Shown here piece by piece: positions 1 through 11,934 of a DNA stretch of 64,000 nt (its first letter is position 1; each line of letters starts with the position of its first letter). Position numbers and translations under genes: made by a program. The notes under the pieces were generated by a model. The model had not been told where the DNA came from and did not search any database. It saw only the letters and a list, made by a program, of their open reading frames with translations. The DNA is from Entomortierella parvispora E1425. Taxonomy: Eukaryota > Fungi > Mortierellomycota. The stretch is from positions 868,001-932,000 of the forward strand of contig BQFW01000003.1 in NCBI GenBank assembly GCA_020891255.1, given 5' to 3'.

Positions 1-725
1 TGATAGAATCGATGATGGCAACCTTCAGGGACATCTTTAGACCGATTTTTTTTTTTACCTTCAATTGCTCAGGCTGAGTTGCCGTGTTTTGCTATGGTGG
101 CAAAAGGAGTATCTAGAGAGAAGAGTAGATAGACTAGAAAATGAGTCGGGGCAGCACATGTGCATGTACTTTCAGAACTGCGGCCCATAATGAGCACAAT
201 GCGGCGCGTCCATTGTTTTGTTGACATGGACTATTGGTTGACCGTCTGTGCGAGGGTTGGGCAAGAAAAATAAATAAAGATAGTTTGTTTGCTCTTCTTG
301 CATTGACTTTGCGGCGGACATGGTGGCGGCCACTAGTCCAGGACTGGAAAAGGAGGATGCAGAAGGGGAAGGGGGACACGAACTCTGCGCCTCGCAAGGC
401 TCATTGCACTGCCTCCCTGGGCCCCCTGTCCAACGAGAGAGACTCTTACACTACCTCGCTAGCCCCCTTTAAGAAAGAGCGGCTCTCTCGATGATGGAAC
501 TCCCTTTCTCCTCCGCGCAGGGCAGGAAGGCAGAAGAGAACGCTTCAAGAGAGCAAAAGTCGGAAACTCAAAGTGAAAATTAGTCTGAACCCTGTGACGA
601 TTTGGCTTCTGCACCGTCCGAACAGTCGAGCATGTTGAGACACGACAGCCCATTTGAACAGCATAGCCCAACGGGCACGCCTCTCTCGCGCTCCGCCTCC
701 TCTCTGGGAATAGAATAGCTGCCGA

Positions 726-738
726 CTGTCTGTCTGTC

Positions 739-770
<32 letters not shown>
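726..770. repeat. (GTCT)n tetranucleotide microsatellite, one interruption
   Basis: Direct reading: tgtctgtctgtctttgtctgtctgtctgtctgtctgtctgtctg. Confidence 0.9.
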
Positions 771-1118
771 GTTCTGGCCCTTCGAGACCCCCCCGCTCCA
801 TGGGGACGAGGTAGAGGGTGATTCATCCTACTGGACAGGCATGTTGATAGGCTTGAATCCCTGTTCACCCTCCCGGCGGGTGCTCAATTGCACGGCACGA
901 CCGGTATGGAAAGGTAGAACGGACATCTTTAAAGAGTGAATGAAAATTTTGGGACGTGATATATTGTTTTGTCTTTGAAGGCCGATGCCGATCCTTCACA
1001 TTATGAGTTTTATTTTATCGGTCGGTGGTATATTTCATTTTTTTTTTTCTTTTTTGGGATTTCTTGCTTTCGTTTCTTGAGTAATTAGAGAAAGAGAGAA
1101 AGGCACATCTCGACCCTT

Positions 1119-1487
1119 TTATTGGACCTTGGCCAATTCGATGTTGAGGTTGGTCTGGGCACGTTGTTGAGCATTGTACTTTGGCAGACAGCAGATCAGG
1201 GCAAAGGGACCGCAGCAGATGAACCAGGCGATATCAGAGCATCCAATCTCGTTCTCAGCGATTTCCCTTTGGTACTGAGCAATCAAGGCCTCGTTGCGAC
1301 GGTAGACCATGACGGGAGGCTGTTGCTGTTGACCATATTGTTGTTGTTGCACATACTGGTGGTGTTGTTGGATATAGGGCTGTTGCTGCTGTTGCTGGGG
1401 TGGTTGTTGGCCATAGGGCTGCTGCTGGTTGTAGGCAGGGGAAGGGCCCTGGTTCACGACGGGGGAGGAAAATTCTGGCTTGGACAT
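1119..1487 (-). CDS. Small Gln/Pro/Tyr-rich protein with a Cys-rich hydrophobic segment near the C-terminus (CYSTM/BRI3-like), 122 aa
   Basis: ATG at 1487 (MSKPEF...). Q/P/Y-rich N-half followed by CSDIAWFICCGPFALICCLPKY. The ORF-track part upstream of this ATG is pyrimidine-rich UTR-like sequence. Confidence 0.75.
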   Translation of the reverse strand: MSKPEFSSPVVNQGPSPAYNQQQPYGQQPPQQQQQQPYIQQHHQYVQQQQYGQQQQPPVMVYRRNEALIAQYQREIAENEIGCSDIAWFICCGPFALICCLPKYNAQQRAQTNLNIELAKVQ

Positions 1488-1991
1488 GATGGTAATTGAG
1501 GAGAGAGGGTACGGTATGAGACGAAGTGGTGGTGAGGGAAAAGATAAAAAATTGTGGAGAGAAGAATAAGAGAAAGAAAAGAAAGAAAGAAAGGCAAGGA
1601 CGTTGAAGAGGTTCTGCTTTTTATCTCTTGTTTTGGTCTCTCCAGCAGCAAGCATTCCTCCTTCCAAAAAGAAGAAAAGGAGGCACGAACCTCGTTACTC
1701 AAACCAAAAAAAAAAAAAAAAAAAAAAAATTGAAGACCTGGCGACATTTTCATTCGCCCACAGGGGGGGTCAACAGAGTCGAAACCTGAAAAAGCCAAGA
1801 AAATAAAAACTGAGCCCCGAGGGCGAGGGGTTGGAAGGTTCAGCTTTTTAGGTCGTTTCCAACTTCCAAGTGGCGTCGGTGGCGCAAGAGCCATCCTCAG
1901 CAGACAAGAATCTTTTTTAATCATTTTTTTGTATCCCAGCTGAGAAGGACTGGAGACAGCAAAAAAGGATGGGTGTTCTATCTAAAAAAGT

Positions 1992-4823
1992 TCACTCGTC
2001 CCAACTCCGGCCCAGGATCTCGCCCAGGTTGGCTTCGTCCACCAGACTCTTTTGCCAGCCGCTCAGTGTCCCTTGCATGATTTGCTCAATGTCCCTTTCC
2101 GAAATGCCCTGGACGTCGCCCATCGTAATACAGCCCAATTTGCCGCTCGTGTTCCGTAAGCGAGCCAAATGAGCCAATGACACCGATGTGATCCCTGGAC
2201 AGCCAATAATGGTCAGACACACCAAGTTCTTGGCCGACTCTGCCAAAAATTCCATTGCTGTATTCGTCAACGTTGAGATGTAGGACAGGTCTAAGAGCTG
2301 GAGGTTCGGACAAGCCTCGCAGATTTGAGCCACACAGCGGTCCGAAATCGAATCCTGCTTCTCTTCTTCCAACTCCTCTTCTCCCTCTTCCTCCTCCTCT
2401 TCCCCCTCTTCCTCTGAATCTTTTGTCTCGGGTGGATCTTCAGAGGATGAAGTGTGGACAGCGCCGGAGCGTTCCAAGGGATGACACCGAGCCAGACTTA
2501 GCCATTCCAGATCCTGACAGCGATTCGCTAAAGAGAAGAGACATTCATCCGTCAGAGGACCCGCCCTGGCCATATCCAGCCATTGGATCCCATGACAATG
2601 TTCAGCCAAAGTCGACACTGTCCGGAAAGAAATAGCCTCGCAGTCGGAAACTCGAAGCTGTTTCAGTTTGGAACCACATTGCTCCAAGAACGGGATTAAC
2701 CCATGGTCCGTGATCTGGTAGCAACCTGCAATGTCCAAGGACTCTAGTCGAACAGACGGCGTAAAAGATAGAGCTTCCGTTGAAATAGATGAACGATCAG
2801 CCAAAAGACCCAAGAATCCACGATCTGTGATCTGATGGCACCCAGCAAGATGAAGAGAGACTAATGTCTGTCGTGCCACACACTGTGAATCGCGAATCCT
2901 GAGAAAGCCCTCATCGGTGATCGCTTGACATTCTGATATCGTCAGTCGACAAAGACCTGGACAGTACTCCAGAATCGTCTCGAGCGTCCTGTCCGTTACA
3001 AAATCACGTCTTGAACAAAGCCGTGATGGTGCTGGAGGTTGATCTCCAGGAGGGTTCCGTTCTCCCGATCCAGTAAACATCAACGAAAAAAGTCGACCCA
3101 GCCATTGTTGTCCCTCTGGTGGTTGTTGCAGCTGTTGTGCTTCCCCGTGATCAAAAAAGCGTCTGCCTTGGCCCCGTCGTCTTCTCATATGGCTGTCATG
3201 GTATGACATGGGCGAATGAACCCATGACTGCGATCCGAGCTTTTGTGGAGTGGACGTTTCCTGTTGAAGATTGATAATTTGGATCCACTGGCCACACATC
3301 TGGAGTGGCAAGGACTTAGGCAGACCATCCACGTGCCGCATTTCACTCATGCGTCGGCGGCTTTCCCTAATAATTTCCCGTTGGCGCAATCTCCGAAGGG
3401 CCTTTGTAAAGGGAAGGTTGATAGACTTGGCGCATGCAACAATCTGGTTGGCCTGTGGCCCGTCCGAGGGCGAAAAGTGAGAGCGGATCAAGGACTGCAG
3501 TCGATCTATCCCGGAGACCAATCTCATCAACGAGCCCTCGTCCTCAGAATTGTCTTCCTCGCTGTCTTCATCCGAGTCTAGGTCGTCGTCACTGTAGGGG
3601 CAGGCATATTGAGTATCCTCCCTATCCTCACCAGTCCTTCGCTCGTCACTGTCTTCGTCTGATCGTTCGACATCCTCCTCGGCCCTCCTCCCTGGCCTGG
3701 GACGTGACCTGTAACCAGCCACTGTGGTAGAGGTTTCCTGTTGGGCAGGCTGCTTGCGCTTGCGAAAGAGACGTCTTCGTCGACATTCCCTTGCCCGTTG
3801 ATACCTTTCCCGCTTCCGCCACACGACCCAGTCTTCCAGTTCATGGCGATCCAGCTCGTGCAGTTCGTCTTGCCCCAGTGCTAGGAGCTCCAGTGGATCC
3901 TTGGCTCGAGGGAATAATAAATGACCGCCACTTTCCTGTTCTAAAATACCACCGGCGATTTGTATCCGCTTGTTGTCGTGGAACTGTGTTGTGGACAGGG
4001 CCACCGGGTAGAACCTGGACCAGTTCCTTGACCAGAGCACGCGTGGGTATTTCCATACCCAAGGACCGATCAGCTCATACCATGTCCTGCAGACGAGCAT
4101 GCACCGTCGCAGAGTCCGTCCTTGTCGAAGAGCGTCGTAGGAAGAGTGTTGATGAGTGGTTCCAGAGGAGTATGACGAGGATGCGTACAATGAGGATGAA
4201 AAGGACGAGTGACCGTGGGAGAGATGGGCAAAGATCAAGCAGAGAAGCTCGGGCGGCAGCATATCGTTCATTGAGCTACCTCTCCTGGGCGTCGGTCTGG
4301 TCGCCGTCTTTTCTCCTGGCATCCGAGGGGTGGCAGCGATGAGATGGCTTGGACATGTCTCCTGGCTTGATTTCCCTGCATCCTCTGCATCTGAATCTTT
4401 TGCCTCCTTTGTCCACTGTCCAGACGCATGGTCTCGGCTGTGGTCAATCACGGATAGCTCAGTTACGCTTGACTCTGTTGGAGATGTTGCAGAGGTGACT
4501 GCAGTAGCCACAGCAGCAGTGTCTGCTGCTGGCCTCAGTCGAAACAGGCGTTGACAGAGGACCGAGAAACGCTGAGTGTTTCTCCATCGAAAGAAGCCCA
4601 GACGGTTGAGGAAATACAGGGTGTAGAGAAGCAAGCCCTGGAGAGTGGTGGCATCTAAGAGCATCATGGTCGAGGTCACTGTGTTGTTTGAGCAGTCGAG
4701 AGCTGGATCTTGTGCGAGTTGTGGAGGTTGTGGAGATGGACGATCCATCTGTTGTGGAACGGAAAGAGAGGGAGAGGGAGAGGGAGAGCAAGAAGGAGGG
4801 AGATTCGGAGGGACTGAGCACAT
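1992..4823 (-). CDS. F-box / cysteine-containing LRR protein (SCF substrate adaptor), single exon, ~940 aa
   Basis: F-box motif LPPELLCLIFAHL...CMLVCRTWY. About 8 LRR_CC units (ISECQAITDEGF, LAGCHQITDRGF, IAGCYQITDHGL, VSDCEAIS, IIGCPGITSVSL). First ATG at 4823; the true start is uncertain. Confidence 0.88.
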   Translation of the reverse strand: MCSVPPNLPPSCSPSPSPSLSVPQQMDRPSPQPPQLAQDPALDCSNNTVTSTMMLLDATTLQGLLLYTLYFLNRLGFFRWRNTQRFSVLCQRLFRLRPAADTAAVATAVTSATSPTESSVTELSVIDHSRDHASGQWTKEAKDSDAEDAGKSSQETCPSHLIAATPRMPGEKTATRPTPRRGSSMNDMLPPELLCLIFAHLSHGHSSFSSSLYASSSYSSGTTHQHSSYDALRQGRTLRRCMLVCRTWYELIGPWVWKYPRVLWSRNWSRFYPVALSTTQFHDNKRIQIAGGILEQESGGHLLFPRAKDPLELLALGQDELHELDRHELEDWVVWRKRERYQRARECRRRRLFRKRKQPAQQETSTTVAGYRSRPRPGRRAEEDVERSDEDSDERRTGEDREDTQYACPYSDDDLDSDEDSEEDNSEDEGSLMRLVSGIDRLQSLIRSHFSPSDGPQANQIVACAKSINLPFTKALRRLRQREIIRESRRRMSEMRHVDGLPKSLPLQMCGQWIQIINLQQETSTPQKLGSQSWVHSPMSYHDSHMRRRRGQGRRFFDHGEAQQLQQPPEGQQWLGRLFSLMFTGSGERNPPGDQPPAPSRLCSRRDFVTDRTLETILEYCPGLCRLTISECQAITDEGFLRIRDSQCVARQTLVSLHLAGCHQITDRGFLGLLADRSSISTEALSFTPSVRLESLDIAGCYQITDHGLIPFLEQCGSKLKQLRVSDCEAISFRTVSTLAEHCHGIQWLDMARAGPLTDECLFSLANRCQDLEWLSLARCHPLERSGAVHTSSSEDPPETKDSEEEGEEEEEEGEEELEEEKQDSISDRCVAQICEACPNLQLLDLSYISTLTNTAMEFLAESAKNLVCLTIIGCPGITSVSLAHLARLRNTSGKLGCITMGDVQGISERDIEQIMQGTLSGWQKSLVDEANLGEILGRSWDE

Positions 4824-5169
4824 GACTGGGATCAATGAGCGCAGCGACTAACTACAACTACAACTACAGCGAGAAAAAGAAGACGAGCGTGAAGAGATGA
4901 TGAGGGTGGAGTGGACAGTAGAGGTCTGTGCAACCATGCGACCCATGTGTGTGTCTATGTCAGTATGCCAGTTGTCAAGATGATGAAAGAGTGGAAAGAG
5001 AAAAAGAAAAAAAAAGAAGGGGGACCATGGCTGTCCCACATCTGCGCCCGTGCCATCTGGTCCGTGATTGGCTGTGTTTAAAATGAACAGTCCCGTCTCT
5101 TTTTTTTCTTTTTTTTTTTTTTTTTTGCCTCTCTCTTTCAGACGCGCTCTAGTCGCGCGCGCGTGTCTG

Positions 5170-5395
5170 TTGATCGGTGAATATGCTGCAGAGTTGACAA
5201 AATCAGTGTGGTGACCCCAGGATGGGGCAACAGAACTGGTTTGCGCATCCCATAGCCGTACAGTCTCATCCAACCTGGTTGATATGATCTGGAGACCACT
5301 GGGAGAATACACCAAGGAACTAACCATATCAGAGTGGCCACTCAGGGTAGAAACAAGAGCGCCGGTTTGCGCATCCCACAGTCGAATCTCATCCC
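5170..5395 (-). pseudogene. Isolated fragment of ~2 WD40 repeats of the HET-E/NLR-like type
   Basis: IRLWDAQTGALVSTLSGHSDMVSSLVYSPSGLQIISTRLDETVRLWDAQTSSVAPSWGHHTDFVNSAAYSP. In-frame TAA just upstream; runs into a poly-A tract downstream; no rest of gene nearby. Confidence 0.8.
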
Positions 5396-6176
5396 TCCCC
5401 ATCCTCTCCAGCTGTTACACAGATAGAAACACTTTAAAGGATGGCGAGCAACAGGACATCCTGCGGTGCTGTGATGGGCACAGAGTGCAGCCTACAAGCA
5501 GCTCAGAAGAAATGGCACGCGTCAACGACGCGACACCAAAAAAAAAAATGTCGAGACCGCCATGAGCCACGATACAAGCTCATGAAAATATGAAAAGACC
5601 TCTCCTTTGCCGATGGACTCATAACGGCTACTCCATTTACTCTTCATGGCCCGTATTTACAAGATTTTCTGCTAGCACAACTTCCTGTCTTTTCAGTCAT
5701 GGCGCCCAACACATCGACAGAGGCCTTTAAGAGACGTTCATTGTTTTCCTTATTTCAGCTCTTGTTTTATTGGCACCGTGTCTGCATTGGTATTGTCACC
5801 TTTGGTTCTGAACTAACACACATAGGCACATAAACAAAAAAAAAAAAAAAAAAAAAAAAATAGAGGCAGGTTCGATGATTGATTGAGTGGCTGCTTGACG
5901 GCGAGTTGTCCTTTTGGTTTGCTGTGTGAGAGTTGGTTGTGTTGTGTGTTGTTCCTTGCTGACTTTTTGTTGCTGTAGATATTGTTTGTTGTTTTGGGGG
6001 TTTGATCAAGTTTTGTTGTTACTCAGCTACCCGGCGGTGTCAAAGCGAGATTGTTGGGGGAAAAAAAAAAGAAAAAAAAAAGGCTGGGACGAAAGGGCGA
6101 TGGACAACCCAAACAAAAAATAAAAAAAAAAAAAAAAAAAAACTCTTCCTTTCTGAAAGAGACACCTCCTAGCCTC

Positions 6177-9100
6177 CTAGTACTCCTCAAAGATATCCTG
6201 CTCTGTTGGGTCGAACGAACGCTCGAGGACCAGCTTCGAGTTCGACATACGCTTGAACTCCCGATCATTGGAGGGCCATGAAATAGGGGAATTGGCAGTA
6301 TGAGAGAGGTGTGGGTAGTGTTGCTCCAGGTTCTGCCCTTGGAGATGTTGTTGTTGCTGCTGTTGACGATGCTGTTGCTGATGATGCTGTTGTTGTTGTA
6401 GTTGTTGTTGACCAGTTCTTACAATAGAGTTGTTGCTACTGCTGGTAGAGTGAGTGGATTGATGTCCATATTGCCGGGCAGCACCTCGGGGAGGGGCCAT
6501 GTGCTGCAACTCTGGAGTATCATCGTCCATGTTCAGGGACCCCAGGGCCAAGCGTTCTCTAGCCACTCTCGTGTCATTGTCCTCTTCTCGATCGGCTTCC
6601 TCTTCAACAACAGATGGACCTGCCATGAACCGATGACTATCGCCAAGCTCATGATGCTCGTTGCTTAGATCAAGCTCATGACTCAATGCATGGCTCAAGC
6701 CTTCGAGACTCTCGTCATAGTCCTGTCTGCTTTGATCGTATCCCTCATCGTGGTCCTCTCTGCCGTCCTCAAGACCCTCATCTTCATCTCCAAAGTCTTC
6801 ATGGTCCTCGTCCTCATCATCATCTTCGTCGTCGTCCAAATCAGATTCAGTTCCAGTGGGGACATTGATGAACCCTTCCAAATCTGCATCCGTGTTTCCT
6901 CCTAGCCAGCGACGTCTGTCCAAGTTATCGACAAATTGAGACACAAACGAGTTCATTTCCAGCCGGCCAATCAAAGCTGCGCTCTTTTGATTTGTCGTAT
7001 GGGTGTTCAAGATCGAATCTGGCAGAGGACAGCCCATATAGGCTCCATTACGGAGACAGAAATGAAGATAGTCGGCCCAGTATTCATCCAGAACAAGCAA
7101 CTCTGGATTGCCCACAATAACCAGCATGGACATAGCTCGGGTCAAAGCCACGTTAAATCGCTTGCGGAAGTGAACAAGACCCAAGCCCTGGCGAACATCC
7201 TGGTCCAGGTATTTTGCACGACTCCTGGTGGTTGACACAAGTATGATCCTGTACTCCTGACCTTGGTAATCCTGATGATGGTGGCGAAGACAGCAGAACA
7301 TTGACGTTAGGCAAGGTTGTCTGAGTATTGTCATATTAAGAACCGCGTATAATTCCTTGAACAAAGAACGTTACCTCAACTGTTCCAACATTCACGTTTG
7401 AATAGCCTTTTGCACGAAGCTGCTGTCGCAAGACCTTTACCTGCTCACGGAACGGAGCGATAACACCAATATCTGACATCTTCACATTGAAATAGTCATC
7501 GTCGTCGTCGTCCGTGCGCTGCAAAAGTCGTTCAACAATAGACTCGATTTGGAGGGCCTCATCCATATTGTACCAGGAAACGGCCTCTTCCACATGCGAC
7601 GCGTCATGACCGTTGACGCCGACAAATGCAATTGGGCAGTCGGGATTTGGGAGAATAGGGCACCCAAGCATTGACGAAACTTTGGACTCATCCGCAGAAG
7701 CAATCAGTGTGTCGTTATAAAACATAGCCGAAGGCATCATGAGCATCTTGGAATGACAACGGTAATTCTGAACCAGATTGGCAAAGCATGGGATGGTCTT
7801 CTCAAGAAACGTAGTATCTCTTGCCTTCTTGGCCTTGGCATGAGACGACGAGTTCTTGGGTCGAATAAGCTGACGGCTCTGTGGATGATCTCGATACAGC
7901 GGCTCCGTGGTCATCAGTCGCTCTAAAAACGACATTTGCAGCTCTGGCAAGAATGTCTTGGGGCCAAGTTGGTGATGGTCACCACACAGCACGATCTGGG
8001 GGGCAGATTCAGTCTCTTCCAACATACAGAGTAACGGGATATCAGTCTCTGGCTCAATTGCCTGTGCAGCCTCATCAATGAGTAGGTGGGTCCAATGGGA
8101 GCGAGTAGGATCGCCATCTACGACAAGGCTCTTGTGTGACACATATTCACGAAGGCTCTGGTTACTAGCACCGGACGAAATCAGAAGGCCAGCATCTGCA
8201 CAGGTGCAAACAACAATGCGGAATCGCAACAGGTCATTCAGCGGAGGAACGTTGAAATAAACTGAGCCAAAACAATAGGGCATGATGGCGGTAGGGACTT
8301 CAGCAAAGGTTCGCGAGGGATCGTTCAGACGCAAGAGATACTGGGGCTTCAAATAGGGTATAAGGCGATTCATGATCGTGTCGCAGGCAGAATGCGAGGG
8401 AGCCGTAATCAATATGTGCGACTGCGTGTCCGTCATCAATATCTGCAGAGCTGTTTCCGCCAATGTCTTTGTCTTTCCAGTACCTAGAAAAAGATCAAAT
8501 TGTCAGAAAAATGCAATATAACTCAAAAACGAGTGGGAACAGCATGTACAATCTCTCAATATCCTACCAGGGGGTCCAGAAATAATAAATGGAACACATC
8601 CATAGTCGTTTCTGACAATGCTTTGGACAGCCGACTTTTGTTCCCAGTTCAGCGACGGGTCAACAAACTCGAGGGTAAGGCTTGGCAGCTTCGTCCTGGG
8701 CTTTGCATCATAGATAGTGGGAAACAGGAAGGAGCGGGCCGAGTAAAAGCGATCGCCTTCACCTTCACCATTGATGTCCTGCGAAGGGTCCCGTGGATGA
8801 TAACCAATGTATTCCTGAACTCCTCCGATAGCCCGGTACATCTCCCTGATTCTATTATGATTCACCTTGAACTGCACATTCCATCTCTCGTGCATGAGTG
8901 ATGGAAGTGCTCCGATTGGGAGATGAACATAGATGCAGTTGGATCGCATGTTTGTTCCGTGGACAAAGGTTCGATACTCGATCCCTGGAAAGATGCCATT
9001 AGTCACTTGCCGAACAATCACAGCATCGCCTCGAAGTAGCAGTGGGCATCGTTCCGAAAGCCCGGAGACCTGGATCTGGAAAAAGTTGGAAGCAGCGTCA

Positions 9101-11934
9101 TAGACTTTGATCTCTGTCATGAAGAGGTTGTATGAGGACACGTCTTCCTCAAAGAGATACTGTTCCACTTGCAACAGTGGCTCCAGTCGTGATGCGTACG
9201 TGTCCGCTGACAGATCAATGCTGATTTGACCCGGGAGAATGATTTCTAGGGATTCAACAGTGGGGGGCTCAAGCGAAAATTTGCCATTGTGCTGCTTGTA
9301 GCAAGGGTGACCGGCTGTCTTCAGATAGTCCTGAAAGTCAATCGTTTCTACTCCTTCGCCGGTGATGACCATGCGGGGCTTCATCAGATTGAGGTTTCGG
9401 ACCCACTGGGGGACATATGTTTTAGCGTATGGGTCCATCTCTCTGTCCAATTGGGTATTGTTTGTGACATGCCACGTCACCTTGCGGCCAATAAGTGAAG
9501 ACTCGTTCACCAAGATGAGGAGCCAGCTTGTAAAGAAGCCCAGGTTGGCTGAGACAAACAAACAAAAAACATTGATAAACGTTAATACATGGTAGCAAAA
9601 GAGTCAATGGTCTTTCAGGTACAATAAATCAAAATACTTACGTCCTGTCGAGAGCTCGATATCAAAGTTTCCAAACATGGGTTCTGTGCCATTCGCAGGG
9701 TGAGCGTAGATAGTCTGCTCAGTATGGCAAACAAGCTGGTCGTATTGGTTTGGGATAATCCTGAGCGCCTTGAGCTGGACGATGCGGTGCCCATGGTTCT
9801 CGATCCGGACCGTTTTAACAACGGGATCTGCTTTTGGGTTGACACTACCAAAGTCAATGTGGGTTGGAACCAAAAGATCATGGTTCTCCCGCAAGAGATA
9901 GTCCTGGTGCTCATCAATCCATTCTGTGATTTCCTTCAATGCCTGTGCCTTCTCGAAGGGCTCTTGCTTCTTTGGGGTGCTTGTGCCATCCACAGGGCTG
10001 CCGACTTCACTCGGCGTCTTGGAAGACTTGCCATGACGTGTCCACGCGTTCAGATAGTCGTACTTCTGCAACAGCTCCAGCAGGTCTAGATTCTCCTGCA
10101 TAGCACTTAGGGGCTCATTTCCTGAATTTGAACGATGAGGAGACCCGTTTGCGGGACTCCTCGCAGATCCTTTATAGTCTGCAGGGCTGGATGCCCTGGT
10201 CGAAGCGGCTCTTGGAGGGACAGAGCCGCGACGCGATTCCGAGTTGGATCGCATCATGTCCGTTCCTGCTGCAAACAGACGTCCAGCTTCACTTCCCTGT
10301 CGACTGAGTGCTACATGTGCAGGGGGTGATCCTGAGATAGACAAGCTAGCATCGCCAGGGGCTCCATTGATGTTCTGCAAGGGACTGTTCTGAGGGTTCG
10401 GTATGGGAATACCCGCGGCAGCAGCGGCAGCATGCGAGATCATGACCCACTCGTTACCGTTGTAAATGGGAAAGTAACCGGCAGGTATTTTAAGAATGCT
10501 CGCGGGCGCACTCTCTGACTCGGAGCGACCTGCATGAGGGGGAGTCCCTTGACCGACACGGGGGGTTGACTGCGCCTTTTGCTGGTGCTGCAAGAGATTG
10601 CGCTGCTGCTGCTGGTGTTGTTGCAACTGCTGCTGTTGCTGTTGGTGATGCAGCTGCTGTTGCTGCTGTTGTTGCTGATTCTGCTGCTGCTGGCTCTGTT
10701 GCTGGCTCTGTTGCTGACTCTGTTGTTGTTGTTGACTCTGCTGTTGACTCTGCTGCTGCTGAGGATGTTGACTGCCGCTATAAGGATTGAACGGAGACTG
10801 CTGGAATGGCTGCTGTTTGACTGGTTGAAAGCCAGGGGTCTGGCCCTGGTTTTGCTGCAAAACGCGCTGACGCGAGGGCTGCGGAGCAACCAAGGGTGTC
10901 CCGGCCAAACTCAGCTGGGTCGACAAAGGGCGACCAACGCGCTGCTGGTGCTGCTGAACGAAAGGTTGGTGTCCAGGGTAGTGCATGGGCGAGGCCATAT
11001 AATACGACGGGTCCTCCATCATGCTCGGGTCGAAATAGGGCTGGGGCGAGTAGTCGGCATGGCCGAGAAACAGCGTCTGGGGTATACTGAGCGGGGTCTG
11101 GTCCGGATGGGGATGATGGGGCGAGTACGGCAGGATGGGATGCGCTCCTGGCGTCAAGGGCCAGGGGCCATTGCTCGTGATGCTGTTGTTGCTGCTACTG
11201 TGGTTGCTACTGCTTCTGTGGAAATGACTCTCCTGCAGCGGTTGCGCTGCGCCAAAGGATGCTGCAGGCGGATTGCTGTTGCTGATGCCACTGTGCGCGC
11301 TGCTCTGGATCGAGTACGCGGGGGACGCCGTGCTGTCGCCAAGGGGCTGGCGAAGACTCTGACCCATGCTCTGGCCTATGCTCGCGCCAGGCAGGGATCC
11401 TGGGAAGAAGCCCACGGGCGAGACGCGTCCACTCGAGGACGATGCACCGCCAGGCACAGCAGGCGAGCGCACGTTGGACCGAGCAGGACTAGGGCTACGC
11501 GAGAATCGCTGTAGATGCTGGTTCTGTTGTTGTTGCTGCTGCGAGTCCTGCACAGAGCGCTGATGATTCGGACCGATAGCACCCAGGCCGGGAGGATGCC
11601 TCTCAAACGAGGAACTCATCAAGGGGGGGAATGACTCGCCGGTGAATGGCATGGACACGCTCTGACGGTTGGTTTGCTGGTCCTGCTGGGTGCTGTTGCC
11701 ATTGTGTGCTCCAAAGGCCATGGGTCGGACCACTGCTGAAGCTGCCGAAGAATAGGACATCCTGTTGGTATTGCCACCCCGGATAGGACTGCTCCCAAAA
11801 AGCTGCTGCTGTTGCTGCTGTTGCGGATGGCGAAGCTGCAGTGGGAGATTGTTGGGATTGAAAGGCTGGTGCATGTGCTTGACGGGAGTAGAACCGGGGG
11901 TGGGGTGGTCCATAGCAAGCAGGGACAGGGACAT
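6177..11934 (-). CDS. MOV10/SDE3/Armitage/SAD-3-like SF1 RNA helicase (RNA silencing), 4 exons, ~1825 aa
   Basis: Exons 11934-9642, 9548-8568, 8483-7375 and 7271-6177, with phase-compatible GT-AG introns of 93, 84 and 103 nt. Splicing restores Walker A GPPGTGKT. Also LLIDEAAQ, CGDHHQLGP, NYRCH, GVIAPFREQV, VGTVEDYQGQE and RFNVALTRA. An Ig-like segment (IDFGSV...VRIENHG) precedes the core. Start could be 11934 or 11913. Confidence 0.9.

Noticed and set aside
5836-5860. Long poly(A)/(T) tracts (also ~1705, 6119, 17038, 17950, 17996, 59466) as possible retroelement tails
   Set aside because: They occur throughout introns and UTRs without adjacent element bodies or target-site duplications. They also generate the spurious poly-K/poly-F ORFs in the track.
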